Shown piece after piece: positions 11,301 through 24,100 of a DNA stretch of 64,000 nt. Position numbers and translations under genes: made by a program. The notes under the pieces are model-generated. The model ran no database searches and was not told where the DNA came from. It saw only the letters and a program-made list of their open reading frames with translations. Source of the stretch: Octopus vulgaris (taxonomy: Eukaryota); contig OX597816.1 in NCBI GenBank assembly GCA_951406725.2, forward strand, positions 140,492,001 through 140,556,000. The letters run 5' to 3'. Positions within the stretch are counted from its first letter, which is position 1. Each line of letters opens with the position of its first letter.

Positions 11301-14300
11301 AATAATGCTGAATCTTACATCCTAGATAGCTGGTCAAATTCCAAGTGATGGTAATAATGGACAAACAAGTAAATGCATACATGTTCCTAAGTAAATTCTG
11401 CCCCATAGGTACACGAAAGGGCAAAAGCACAAAACCACAGTCTTCTCCCTTGCACCTTTTATTTACTGGTTTGCTTTCTTTATTATTTACATATCCCTGT
11501 AATGGTAACTTTTGCCCTTGGTTCAAATATAATTGACCAATTATAGAGATGGATAGACTTTGGTCAATTCCATTGCAGACAACAGGTGGTGATCTCTACA
11601 ATATTTCAGTAAGTACAACATTATAAGAACCCTACAGTTTTGTTTTGGGATAAATATTAACTAGCCCTATTTACAATATCATAAGTACTATTCTTTTTCT
11701 AGACATATTAGACATATTGGTAATTCTGGTCTTATTTTAGTACTAACTTCATTTCACTAATTTTCAATCACCTTGGTTACCCTTCTATATAGAAATAACC
11801 TGTGAATATTTCCCTAGGCCACTGCTAATTCACTCTTTTGCCACTCTTTTAGGTATTTTCGTGAATTTTCATAATATTTTACATATATTTCGTGAAGTTT
11901 TCTGTGGTTTTAAAATTTTTTCACCTGTCATGAAGTTTCTCTGGATTTTTATAATTTTTCGCCTTTTGTGAAGTTTTTTCTGCATCTTATTTCAAAGAAA
12001 GGGTGTTATCCTTAAAAAAAGTGTAGTAAATCTAGGCATAATATGACTAAGAAAGTGGTTCATGGGAATTTGAACTGGCGATGCACTCGCAATGGATGTA
12101 ATGAATGTTTGTCAGTAAGAACAGGAAGAAAAAAAAAGAAAAATCTCGGATCCTTCATGTGCATTCAACGTATCTGACCACCAAACCCACCAAAAGCCAC
12201 TTTTGCTTTTTGGAATAGGGGAGGGTAGTAGAGACCTCGAAATTTCCTGGAACCCAGAAATGGAAAGATTTGACTGCTGTTTCTAACATGGCCTGCTACC
12301 ACATAAAGGACCCACCGTTATTGCAAGTAGCTGCCAATGTGGGTGCACTTGTAAAAATTTGCCCAAACACATACAAATACATTAATATAACAAAAAAAAG
12401 AAGTGGAGCTGGATGACAGTCACGCACACACACACTCCACAAAAACCAAGCTTTCGGAAATTTCTTTTTTTTCTTAGTGGATTCCAAGGTTTTCAATGAC
12501 AGAGATTCCGACTATGCAAAAAATCATGTTTTCAAAATTTTAAATTCCCCCTTCCCACCAACCCAATTTTTTTAATTTTTAACTTTTTCAAAATTTTTTT
12601 AAAAATCTATGTGGAAAAATACGGAGGTTAACAATAAGGCAAACAAAAAAATTAATCAATTTCAAATTTTATATGAAAAACTTCAAATTTGATCCACACA
12701 CCCCTCGCCACTCAGCAAAAAAGGGTGCACATGTGCAACAATCTTTACAGTTCACTGAAAATGAGCAGCTGAGGAGGTAACCCATGAGCTCCACTCATTT
12801 TTAATTAGATGTGCAAAATAACAGCCAAATCTCTAGTTTTAAATTCTTTCTTTATCTGCTAACAAATTCGGAAATAACAGTTGGGAAAAAAATTTATTTT
12901 ACAAAATTTCAATAATTAAATCAACAAAAATATCTAGTTTGAGCAGTTCAACATATAAATACAAAAACTATAATTGAATAACAGAACAGAAGACACTTTA
13001 CAGGGAAAAAACCTGTACAATTAAAATGACTTGCAACAAACTGGAATTTACTGAGGATAAACCTCAGCAATATGTCTCAGAAAAGTGTGGGGATTCCAAA
13101 GTCTGTTTCTGGTCATTATGCTGTAAAACTCCATAAACATGCATTCGTCAACATGTGACCATTGCATTAGTTTAACTCTGGAATCATCATAATGGACCTC
13201 AAAATAACATCTTTCTCCAGTGAATGATCTTTAGTTGAAAAGCAACAGAGGGCAGACAAATGGCAATTAAGAATTAAAATTTAAAAAAAAGTTTAATGTT
13301 GTGATATAACTTTGTGTGTGTGTGTGTGAGAGTGCATGTGTGCATGCATGCATGCAAGCATGCATGTATGTGTGTACATGTATGTATGTTAATGCACATT
13401 TCGAAAAAGTTTTAAATTTTTTAATTTGGTGGGGGGGGGCAGCATTTAAAGTTTTAAAACGTGATTTTTTGCATATTCGGAATCTTCGTTATTGAAAACC
13501 TAGAAATCTACTGAGAATCGTTTACCTTTAAAGCGAAATAACAAGACTGATATACAACAGGAATGTAAAACAAGCTGTTTTACTTGTTTCAGTCATTCAT
13601 TTTCAGTGAGCTGTAAAGATTGTTGTGCATGCACACACCTTTTTGCTGGGTGTGGGGATCAAATTTGGAGTTTTACATATAAAATTTGAAATTAATCAAT
13701 TTTTTGTTTGTCATATTGTAATTTTCTCCATATTTTTCCATGTAGATTGAAAAAAAATTTTGAAAACAGTTAAAAATTAGAAAATTCAGGTCATGGGGGG
13801 TGGGGGGATTTAAAATTTTGAAAATGTGATTTTTTGCATATTCGGAATCTCCATATTTGAAAACCTAGGAATCCACTGAGAAAAAAATTTCCAAAAGCTC
13901 GGTTTTTGTGGCAGGGAAACTGTCATCCAGCTCCACCAAAAAAAAATAAGAACATGATGGTACAACCTTACACAGGATACAAACCTACACAGGGTACAGC
14001 CTTACACAGGGTACAACCTTACACAGGGTACAGCCTTACACAGGGTACAACCTTACACAGGGTACAACCTTACACAGGGTACAGCCTTACACAGGGTACA
14101 ACCTTACACAGGGTACAACCCTACACAGGGTACAGCCTTACACAGGGTACGACCTTAAAGTTGACACCATTCGCTATGAGTGTTTATTACTGGATAAAAA
14201 TAGACGGCTTTTCGATTTTTTAAACATCTGTAACATTTTCCATCAAATACCAACCTCCACAATTTGCTACTCATCTGAAGTACATATGTATTTCAACAGT

Positions 14301-17300
14301 TCTACCAAATACACTCTTTCTCGAGCATAAAAAATCCTCTTCCCAGATAACAATAACTTATATGTCAGATTGTTGCACAAGTTCTAGGTGTTTTGATATG
14401 GGAAATCGGAAAGGTTTGAAATGATTTCATGGGCATTTACTTGTACCTTAGAGCACTCTTTCGATAACAACACATTGATCTTATAAGTGTCGTGTAGTGG
14501 AAATAAACGCAATTACCAAACTTTCATTTATAAAACCATTTATTATTTGGGTTCTTTTTTTTGCATTCCAATTAGTACATTTGTGCTCCCAATTGCATAC
14601 AAGCGCACATGTAAAGTGACATCCTTTATTTTATAATCATTATTTGCTGATATAAAAAAAAAGTTATATATTGAAAAATAAAAATATTTTGTAGGAGAGC
14701 CCAAGGGTCAAAAGAGGGCGTTTGGCCCAAATGGGTTGAGAACCTTTGAACTAGATTCATTAAAGTGATACAGTTGATGTTCAGCTTCAACGTTTTTATT
14801 GCTGATGGAGTGTGTTGAGGGAAGGAGAATGAGCAGGGAAAGAATTCGAAAGGAATGCAGTTTCTGCGGGCAAAGGTAAGGGAGATTACTCAGCTTGAAC
14901 AATATTAAAAAAAAGTACTGAAAAATTATTCTTTTTACATTAACACAAGGAGAGGAAATGAGATTGCAGGATGCTCATGCTGCTGAAAAGGAAGACTGAC
15001 ATAAGTGATGGGCAATTTTTACAACGAAGAACCAGAAAACAGGTGTTTATCTCTACCTTATTGCATTTTCTACAGTAATTTGTAAAATATAGTATACTAA
15101 AGAGTCTATATTATACTAAAGAATCTGTTGAAAGAAAGTGAGGAAAACACATATGAATTGTCAAAAGAAAAAGCCAGATTATTAGAAAATACTGTTCTTT
15201 GGGAAAAGACATGAAAATAAAAATAAGAAGGTTTGTCAACTTACTTTCATGCTTTTTATAAGATTGGCATCGTTATTAAGAAACTTTTTCATAACATGGC
15301 GCAATGCAAAACCATAAATACAGAGACCATGAAGTGGGGGTTTCTCTTGACCTGTTCATAAGATTAGAAATAATGGAAAGATATAATTTTGATATCAAAC
15401 AATATTTTTCTGTAGAAGTGTATGTTCTGTCTGTATGTTCTGTCTTTTATTTAGAAGTTCTTCACTGTGAACACTAATGTAAGTTTTTTTTAATAATCTC
15501 AACATATTTTGAATCCTAACCACTATTCTATCAAAAGCTCAGTCTGCATATTGAGAAGTAGGATATGAATTATGCTAATCTAAGGTAAAAGTTAATTTAT
15601 CAAATAATGATTTAACATCTAAAATTTTTATCTAATATTGGTTTCAAATTTTGTCACAAGGCCAGCAATTTAAGGGAGGGACCAAGTCAATTACATTGAC
15701 CCCAGTATTCATTGGTATTTATTTTGTCAGCCCCCAAAAGACTGAAAGGTAAAGCCGACCTCAGCAGAATTTGAACTCATAACGTAAAGATGGATGAAAT
15801 GCCATGAAGCATCTTACTCAGTGTGCTAACGCTTCTCCGAGTTCACCGCTTTAATTTTATCTAATATTGAATCACTAAGTTAAATATAACTGAAATTTAC
15901 ATTTATTACAGGAAAATGGCCAGATAAATAACATCATAGATATGAAATATAACAGTCTAAAAAATTACACTTACCTACCATCTTGGCAAAACTAGGATCA
16001 ATGTGTAAGGGGTTGTAATCTCCACACAAACGGTAAAAGGCAGCCTAAAATTAAAACCAAATTTAGGATGAAATAAAATATGTAAAATATTGAAGGTTTT
16101 ATGAAGTACAATTGAGCAGTGGTTCTCAACTGGAGTCCATATAAGATTTTGTTTTTAAAACTTATGAGCAATAAATTGGTTATACTTGTACAATACACAA
16201 AATATTTTAACAATTTTTCATACAATTCCTAATAATGTTTAATTATAAAAATATGTGATTTTTTTTTTTTTTTTTTTTTGACATCAGATGATTAGGAGGG
16301 TACGTCAAAGTAAAACAGGAATGAAAGGGGTCCATAGGTAAAAAATGGTTGAAAAACATTGTAGTAGAGTGTATGAAATGTATGGTATGTATTGCCTAAA
16401 TAATGCAGTCAAATGTGTTGTGTAAAGATGGGTGTGCTATGTAAAATTAAGCAACTACACGTAACACCTACACAGGAAAAGAAATTAAAATCATGACATG
16501 ATCAACACTGCTAAAAAAAAAAAAAAAAAAAAAAGGTAGAGAGAACATGGAAATTTCTCACCTGGTCAAGTAATGTGCTTTCTTCAATTACAGCATGAGG
16601 TTGAGTTGAAGGAGGTTTTGATAGGGCTTTAACAAATGCTGAATCTTTTGGTCCTCCAAATCCTCCAGAACCAACTTGGAAAATACTGAACTGATTAAAG
16701 GCCACCTTTTCTTTAGCTTCATTGAAAGACTCCACTGAAATCATTAAAAAAATCTGTGTCTGTCATGTCACATAGACAAAACTGCATCAAAAAGGTCCAG
16801 TTACTACTTCAGGTCAAACAAAATGTTTGAATCATAAATGGCTGCTTAACCTTTAGAAAATACACATACACCCAACAATGGAATATCTATTGCTCATACA
16901 GTTGGTTAAGTGTAGTCATCACACTATGCACCTGAAAGGCAAAGCAACACTCACTCCATATCCAAGAAAAAGTTGTTCACTTTACAAGCAAAGTCAGATG
17001 GCCCTTGTAAGCTCTCCAAGACTAGTGAAGTTGGCACTATTAACATACTGCTTAACAGTTGCCAATTGACAGCTGCAGGAAATAATTAAACAAAGAGGGA
17101 TTCCAAAGGCCAATATTTTGGAGAGAATATCAGCCTTTTGGACACCATGGTTAATTTGGGGCTTGGATAGAAGGAGGGTGGAACAACATGGCTAGTAACA
17201 GGAGGAAAGATATAAAAATCAGAAGTGCTTGAGTGGAGATAGTATGAAATCAGCTAGCTCCAAGAAACAGAGGCCATTACAGTAGGACCAGAAAAAGCAG

Positions 17301-20300
17301 AGAGAGAAAACATCACACAGTGGACCAGAGACTGAATCATGTTTGTGATTGACTTGATGCCAATAAGTCAAGATGTTGTTCTCAGGATATGGTCAAAGTG
17401 TTTGTGCATGCAGTAACAGTAACATCCTAATTGTAGAAGCAATACTTCATCGTGGTTTTCACTTGAGCCTTTATAAAGTATGAGCATTTTCTGGCCCTGC
17501 TCCTTAGGGCCAATCTTTGGTGTCTGGTCCTAGGTATGTTAAGAATGTGCTTCTTCTCAGTCTCGTCATGTGTAACATTTGGAACATTCGAAAGGGTTCA
17601 AGTTGCATGTTGCTCATGTTTAAAGGTGAGGTGAGGTGTAGTGATGTTTTCTTGATATGAGTAATACCTCTGTCTTTAGGTGGGTTTTTGTTATTGAAAG
17701 AGACAAACTGAAACATCCCCATTGAAGGAAGCTTTTAAGGTCTCTGTTCATGGAACCAGTGCAGGTTTGGCATGGGGTGTCTAAACTACATATGAGTGAC
17801 ACACTGTTGAAGATTAGAGAAGAATAAGGGTAGTATTCACTGCATAAGAGTTAATGTTTTTAGACAATGTGGCAAGCAGATCAAGAGAGTTGGGGACAAA
17901 ACCCAATCCTGGGACACAGCAGAGTAGGCAGAGTGAGAAACAGAAAAAAACAACCTTCAACCCATGCTACAATAGTGTAATCTGATGGGAAACTACCAAT
18001 CCAGGAGATAGGAGATGGATGAAACCCATCAGAAGATAGTTTCCATGGAAGATTCACATGTCAGGCACAGTTAAAAGCTTTGCTGATAGTGCAAACAACA
18101 GCACTGCTTTCATAAAATTTTTCTAAGGTAAGAACCCAATGGTAGGAAACATCAGAAAGTAAGTCTCCAGTGGAGCTGCCTTTATGGAAGGTGTACTCAT
18201 GGTCACTGAGAGAGAGAGAGAGCGAGAGAGAGAGATATTCGAAGCATTGGGGGAAAATCATCATTAACAGCAGTCATCATTACATTGAGATATTGGAAGT
18301 GGGTATAATAGGACAATAAATGCCAGGAACAAAGAAGTTGCCTTTCTTGGGACTGGAATATACTGAAGAATGTTTCCAAAGAGCAGGTTACATCCCTGAA
18401 GAGAGTGGGATGCTGAACAGTTTGGTAAGTATAAGGATTAGCTCTGGAGTACAATGTTTGCAATAGAGACCTTCTTTGTTTGAAGCAGTCTGGAATCAGT
18501 CTTACACTTGGTATGTATATAAGGTAGTGCACCTGGTGAAGTGGAAGGGAGATTTGCCATGAGTGTGATACAATGCAGTTGAATGCAAAGAGGGCAACAA
18601 AGCCAGAGACATTCTAACAGAACCATCTTTGCTGAGAAATGGAGTAAAAGCAGATCTTAGAGATACTTTTGACAAAAAACCGAAAGAATCAACTGCAGTA
18701 TGGAAGGTGGGAAAGCATGAGGGGTGTCTGATGCACAAAGACATCTTTTGTGCAAGATGTGGTCTTGCAGGATTTTTAGTCCTGGGTAAATGTTACCCAG
18801 TTTTATGGGGTAAGCAAGCTTCTTCAGGCATTGTAGGCCTTGTTCTTATTCTGTTGCCTAAATGGGGGCAATATAGTCACGAGTGAAGCACTTGGGTTAC
18901 TTGTGGCACTGTGTTTTGTTGTGTATGAGATGTGGACAAGCATACCTAAAAGATTAGTTTCAGTTACCTGCCATGCTATTTCAGATGAGTGAAGCATGAA
19001 ACATTTGTGCTATAAAACTAGTGAAGAGTCAACTAATCACCTGACTTGAAGTGCCATAGGATACAGTTGAGTGTGTTGAGTAATGTGTGAATATATATTG
19101 GATAGTTGCAATGAAGCTATGTTTGAATAACCGGAGAGGTGCAGAGACAGTTACAGTCTAGTAGAGGTTAAGTTTGGCTGTGAGAAATAGATCAAAGGTA
19201 TATGAAGTGCCTGGGTGTTGGTCTGGTATGCATATAGTGGGTGAAAGAAGTTGATGTAGAGAGTTAAGGATTGCAAAAGATTCAGTTTCTGAGCTGGTAC
19301 AATCGGTATGGGATATGAGTGTGTGCCATGAAGAGTTATGAACACTTATGCAAGAAGTAAACAGTACAAACATGTGGTAAAAAAGACTTACCCTCAAAGA
19401 GAATTACAGCACCAGAACCTTTGTCCAGAATATCAACAACTTTGCCCACTGAAGTGATTTCACCACCTGCAGCCAATGGTTTGAACAATTCTATATACTG
19501 TTCTCCATGAAGGACCTGACAAGTAAAAATTAGTTAATACCAAATGAACAATAGCCAGAATCTCATGCCTTGAATTTCTGAGATGACAATAATAACAAAT
19601 TTTCTAATCAGCCACATCTGTAAAATTTTTGTATTTGACTCTACTTTTCAATTGATTTTATTTCCAATCATTTTCAAATATCCTTATTCATATAGCTATC
19701 CTTAAGCTGGATTATAACTCAGAATCAATCATTTCTATTGTAAAGTTTCAATATTCATAACCTATCAATAGTCATATCCAGATGTAACCATTGTTCACTC
19801 TCTAATATCACAGAAAATCTACTTCTCACTATATGTACTGATTCACTGTTAAGATGTCACACGTGCTAGGTTCTTTTAGTATGTATTTAACCAAGACTTT
19901 TTCCCAGTTACATTACCAAAATTGTTTACATTTCCTTAAGAACATAAACTAACATCCATGGAGCAGCTTGGGTACAGGTTCTTAATCTTCCCTTGAAACC
20001 TTCATCAAAACTGATATTTAAAGCTCTTATTACAAATCAAGTATCTCTAGTCACACAATTTATGTGAAAGTAAAATTTAAAAAGCTTAATATCATCATCA
20101 TCATCATCATCATCGTTTAACGTCCGCTTTCCATGCTAGCATGGGTTGGACGGTTCAACTGGGGTCTGGCAAGCCCGAAGGCTGCACCAGGCCAGTCAGA
20201 TCTGGCAGTGTTTCTACAGCTGGATGCCCTTCCTAACGCCAACCACTCCGAGAGTGTAGTGGGTGATTTTATGTGCCACCGACACAGGTGCCAGACGAGG

Positions 20301-21044
20301 CTGGCAGACGGCCACGCTCGGATGGTGTTTTTTATGTGCCACCGACACAGGTGCCAGACGAGGCTGGCAGACGGCCACGCTCGGATGGTGTTTTCTTATG
20401 TGTCACCGACACAGGTGCCAGACGAGGCTGGCGAACGGCCACGCTCGGATGGTGTTTGTTACGTGCCCTCAGCACGGAGGCCAGTCGTTGCGGTACTGGC
20501 TACGGTCACGTTCCGATGGTTTTCTTATGTGCCACCGGCACTGGTACCACAAGGATACAAATTCCATTGATGTTCATCTATTTTGATTTGGTTTGATTTG
20601 ATTTGATTTGTCTAAACTCCAGCATGCCATTACAATATGCATCTGCCTCCAGATTGTCTGACAGATTTACTGTGATGTTAAGTATAACCATAATGTAAAC
20701 AGTAAAAATTATAGTCATAATGAAATTGTAATGTGTATAGAATAAGAGCCAAATCAAATATTTACTTTTGAATGACAACCTTAATATCATGCATCTTCTC
20801 ATTTCAAGTGAATTGGCCTGGGCAACAATAACACAATTAAAGATAAATAGCATCAATGATAATAATTTTGATTATTGGTCACAAGGGCCCAGAAAATACA
20901 TAAGAAAACAAGAAATAATGAGAAGGATACATCAAGTAAAAGGATGGTATTAGCAATAATCATAAAGACACATCAGTAAATAGATAACAATAGCAATGAT
21001 ACATCAAACAACAAAATAAAAATGAATATGTATGTGTGTGTGTA

Positions 21045-21126
<82 letters not shown>

Positions 21127-24100
21127 ATAATGGAGAAAGCTGCTTATTAATTAGGTAAGTAACAATTACTAAAAGTACTAAAAGAAAGCAATTATTTTTA
21201 TAAATTCATGTTCTAAGAAATTTTCTATAATTTTGATTTCTCAAGTTTCTTGAATTTTTTTAACTCCAGTTTCTTACAAATTTAAATATTTCATTGCCTT
21301 CACTATAGAGTATTCCTTTCTCATTTGCAAAGTCTCTCACTTTCTCTTTTAAGTTTTCATTCTCTATTTGGAAAACCAACAGCTTATTCTATTAATGTAC
21401 ACATAATTTATTATTTATTGAATGAAAAATTTTAAAATACCCATATAATTTTTGACTGTGGGATAGCTGTGAGAAGAGCCAAGAAAGTTGGGTAATTACT
21501 ATTAGAAGATGAGGAGAAAAAGTTACCGACAAGTACTTGAAACTTGCACATTATTCACAGTTTCCAAACTCTCTGTACCACTAAGCCAAATATACACAAA
21601 CAAGTTGCACGAGCAACTTCAACAGTGATACACTCGCGCATACACATAGATATACATACACACAAATGAAAGGCAATGAATGTGTGTGTGTGTGTAAGTG
21701 TGCGTTTGCTGTTCACTGACAAAACTTCATGCGGCATTACTTTTGCTAAGTTTTGTCAGTGAACACACTTTCAAGTCAGAGAAATCAGATCCTTGATCTT
21801 TGGTCTTCTTCAGTACACACTGCCATCAGAGCAGCTATGTTTACTCTGTAACACAAAAAAGAAAACTGTAGTGATCAAGGTCAAATTTTGGTTACTTGAT
21901 CACAGGGGTACCACTTTTAGCATGCACGATATGGTATCATGGCCAACCTACAGAAAGTTTTGGCAAAAATATGGATAGATTTGACTCCTTATTTTGTCAG
22001 CCTTGGATAAATGAAAGAGAAAATTAGATTCCAACTAAAATTGAATGGAACAACAAGAGACAAAGAGCCAAAATATCATAAACTAATGGTTCAAGATTAA
22101 GTATTTACACTATTTCCCCCACCCTACTGGCAACATTAATAACATATTACCTTCGATAAATCTAATGGAAAACCAGGAATTCCCTTGGTAAATAAGTTAT
22201 GTAGAGTCTTGAAGCCTTGAATGGTTGAAAAAGTGGGTAAAACAGTGAAATCATTATGATTTTCATATAAAAATTTTATATCATCTTCACATTTTGTTGT
22301 CATACCAACTGAAAAGAAAAAGTGTAAAGAGTAACAATTAATAATAATTATGATGATGATGACGACAACAACAACAACAACAATAATAATGATAATGATT
22401 TCAAATTTTGACACAAGGCCAGCAGTTTCAGGGAGTGGGTAAGTCAACCCCAGTGATCAACTGATACTTATTTTATCGACCCCTAAAACGATGAAAGGCA
22501 AAGACAACCTTGGTAGCATTCAAACTCAGAATGTAAACACAGATGAAATACTGCAAAGCATTTTGCCCGCCATGCTAACAATTCTGCCAGCTTAACACCT
22601 TAATAATAATGGTTTCAAATTTTTGCCGCAAGAGCAGCTTGAGGGAGGGGATTAAATTGATTACATCAACCCCAGTGTGTAACAGGTACTTATTTATCCA
22701 ACCCCAAAAGGATGAAAGGCAAAATCAACCTCAGCAGAATTTGAACTCAGAACATAGCAGCAGACGAAATACCGCTAAGCATTTCGCCTGGCATGCTAAC
22801 GTTTCTGCCAGCTCGCCACCTTTACTGATGATAATAATAATAATAATAAGGTTAATCAACCAAACATAATTGCAAAAGACAAGGAAGGAAAATACTTGAA
22901 AACTGAGAGATACAAGTGTCCCCACTGATAAGAATTTATCTGTTAACGAATTTGACTAGCACAGTAACTATAAAAATCTAGAAACTGAAATACGCAAGAT
23001 GTGAAATCTTAAAGTGAATACCACCCCAGTAAGTGCACTTGGTATGATATAAAAAAAGGATGTCAGAAACATCTAAATAATATCCTAGGAAATCTCTGAA
23101 AGAAATTCAAAAAAAGATTATATTGACAAGCACTGCCCAAAACCTCAAAAAAAACCAAGCATCTTAAAATAAATGGGTTTTTTATTATTTTAGGGGGCAG
23201 TACAAACAAGAAAAAATTATTTTAGGGAGTAATAGAAATATGTATATATAACCAAGAAACAAGGAAATGATTATTTTAGAGGGAGAGGGTCTGAGAGGTG
23301 GTGGGGGGGGGGGACAAGTGTGGAGGCCTCTTATATTCACGACAGCTGGAAATGACAAAGATGGCAGTTTTTGTCCTAGGGAGTAGAAGAAATAGCAGTA
23401 AGTAGCCATTGCAACCAGGAGCAAGAGAGATACGGAGAAGAAAGAAAGAAATTATTTTAGAGAAAGAAATTATTCTAATAATGATCCTTTCTATTAAAGG
23501 CACAATGCCTGAAATTTTGGGACGGGGGACTAGTCAATTACATCAACCCCACTGTTTCACTGGTATCTAATTTATCAACCCTGAAAGGATGAAAGGCAAA
23601 GTCAACCTCGGCAGAATTTGAACACAGAAGGTAAGGATAGGCAAAATACTGCTAAGCATTTCATCCAGCGTACTAATGACTCTGCCAGCTGCCACCTTAA
23701 AAATAATAATAATAATATTAGAAATATGAGTAAAAAGATAAGTAATTGGAAAGCAGCAGGACCTGATGGCATACAGGGATTTTGGATTAAAAAGTTTAGT
23801 AGTCGCAATGAATTGATTACCGAGTAATTTAATGCATTGATCAATAGAGAAGAAGAAACCCTGAGCTAGTTGACTAAAGGATGAACAGTGTTGTGCCTGA
23901 AGGATGTATCAAAGGTTAATACTGCTGCTAATTACAGACCAATTTCCTGCCTCCAATTAATGTGGAAGGAGGAATTACAGAAGAACTGTATAAAATTCTT
24001 GATGAGAATGATATATTACCGATGGAACAAAAAGGCTGTAGGAGATGCAGAGGTACCAAAGATCAATTATTGATAGACAAAATAGTAGTGCAAGATTGTA

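Larger units (their letters stand above)
9356..14748. mobile_element. Putative hAT-type element carrying nested insertions
   Basis: Perfect 13-bp TIRs caaaggttctcaa / ttgagaacctttg; 8-bp flanks atctagag / aactagat (6 of 8 match). Confidence 0.6.

Noticed and set aside
13906-14223. 105-aa repetitive ORF / CRISPR-like array
   Set aside because: Translation of a 17-bp minisatellite; no unique spacers, no cas genes, eukaryotic context
20133-20596. Three overlapping 107-145 aa ORFs (similar ones at 24551-25139 and 30396-30827)
   Set aside because: GC-rich tandem units of the RTE 3'UTR lack stops by chance; no protein motif
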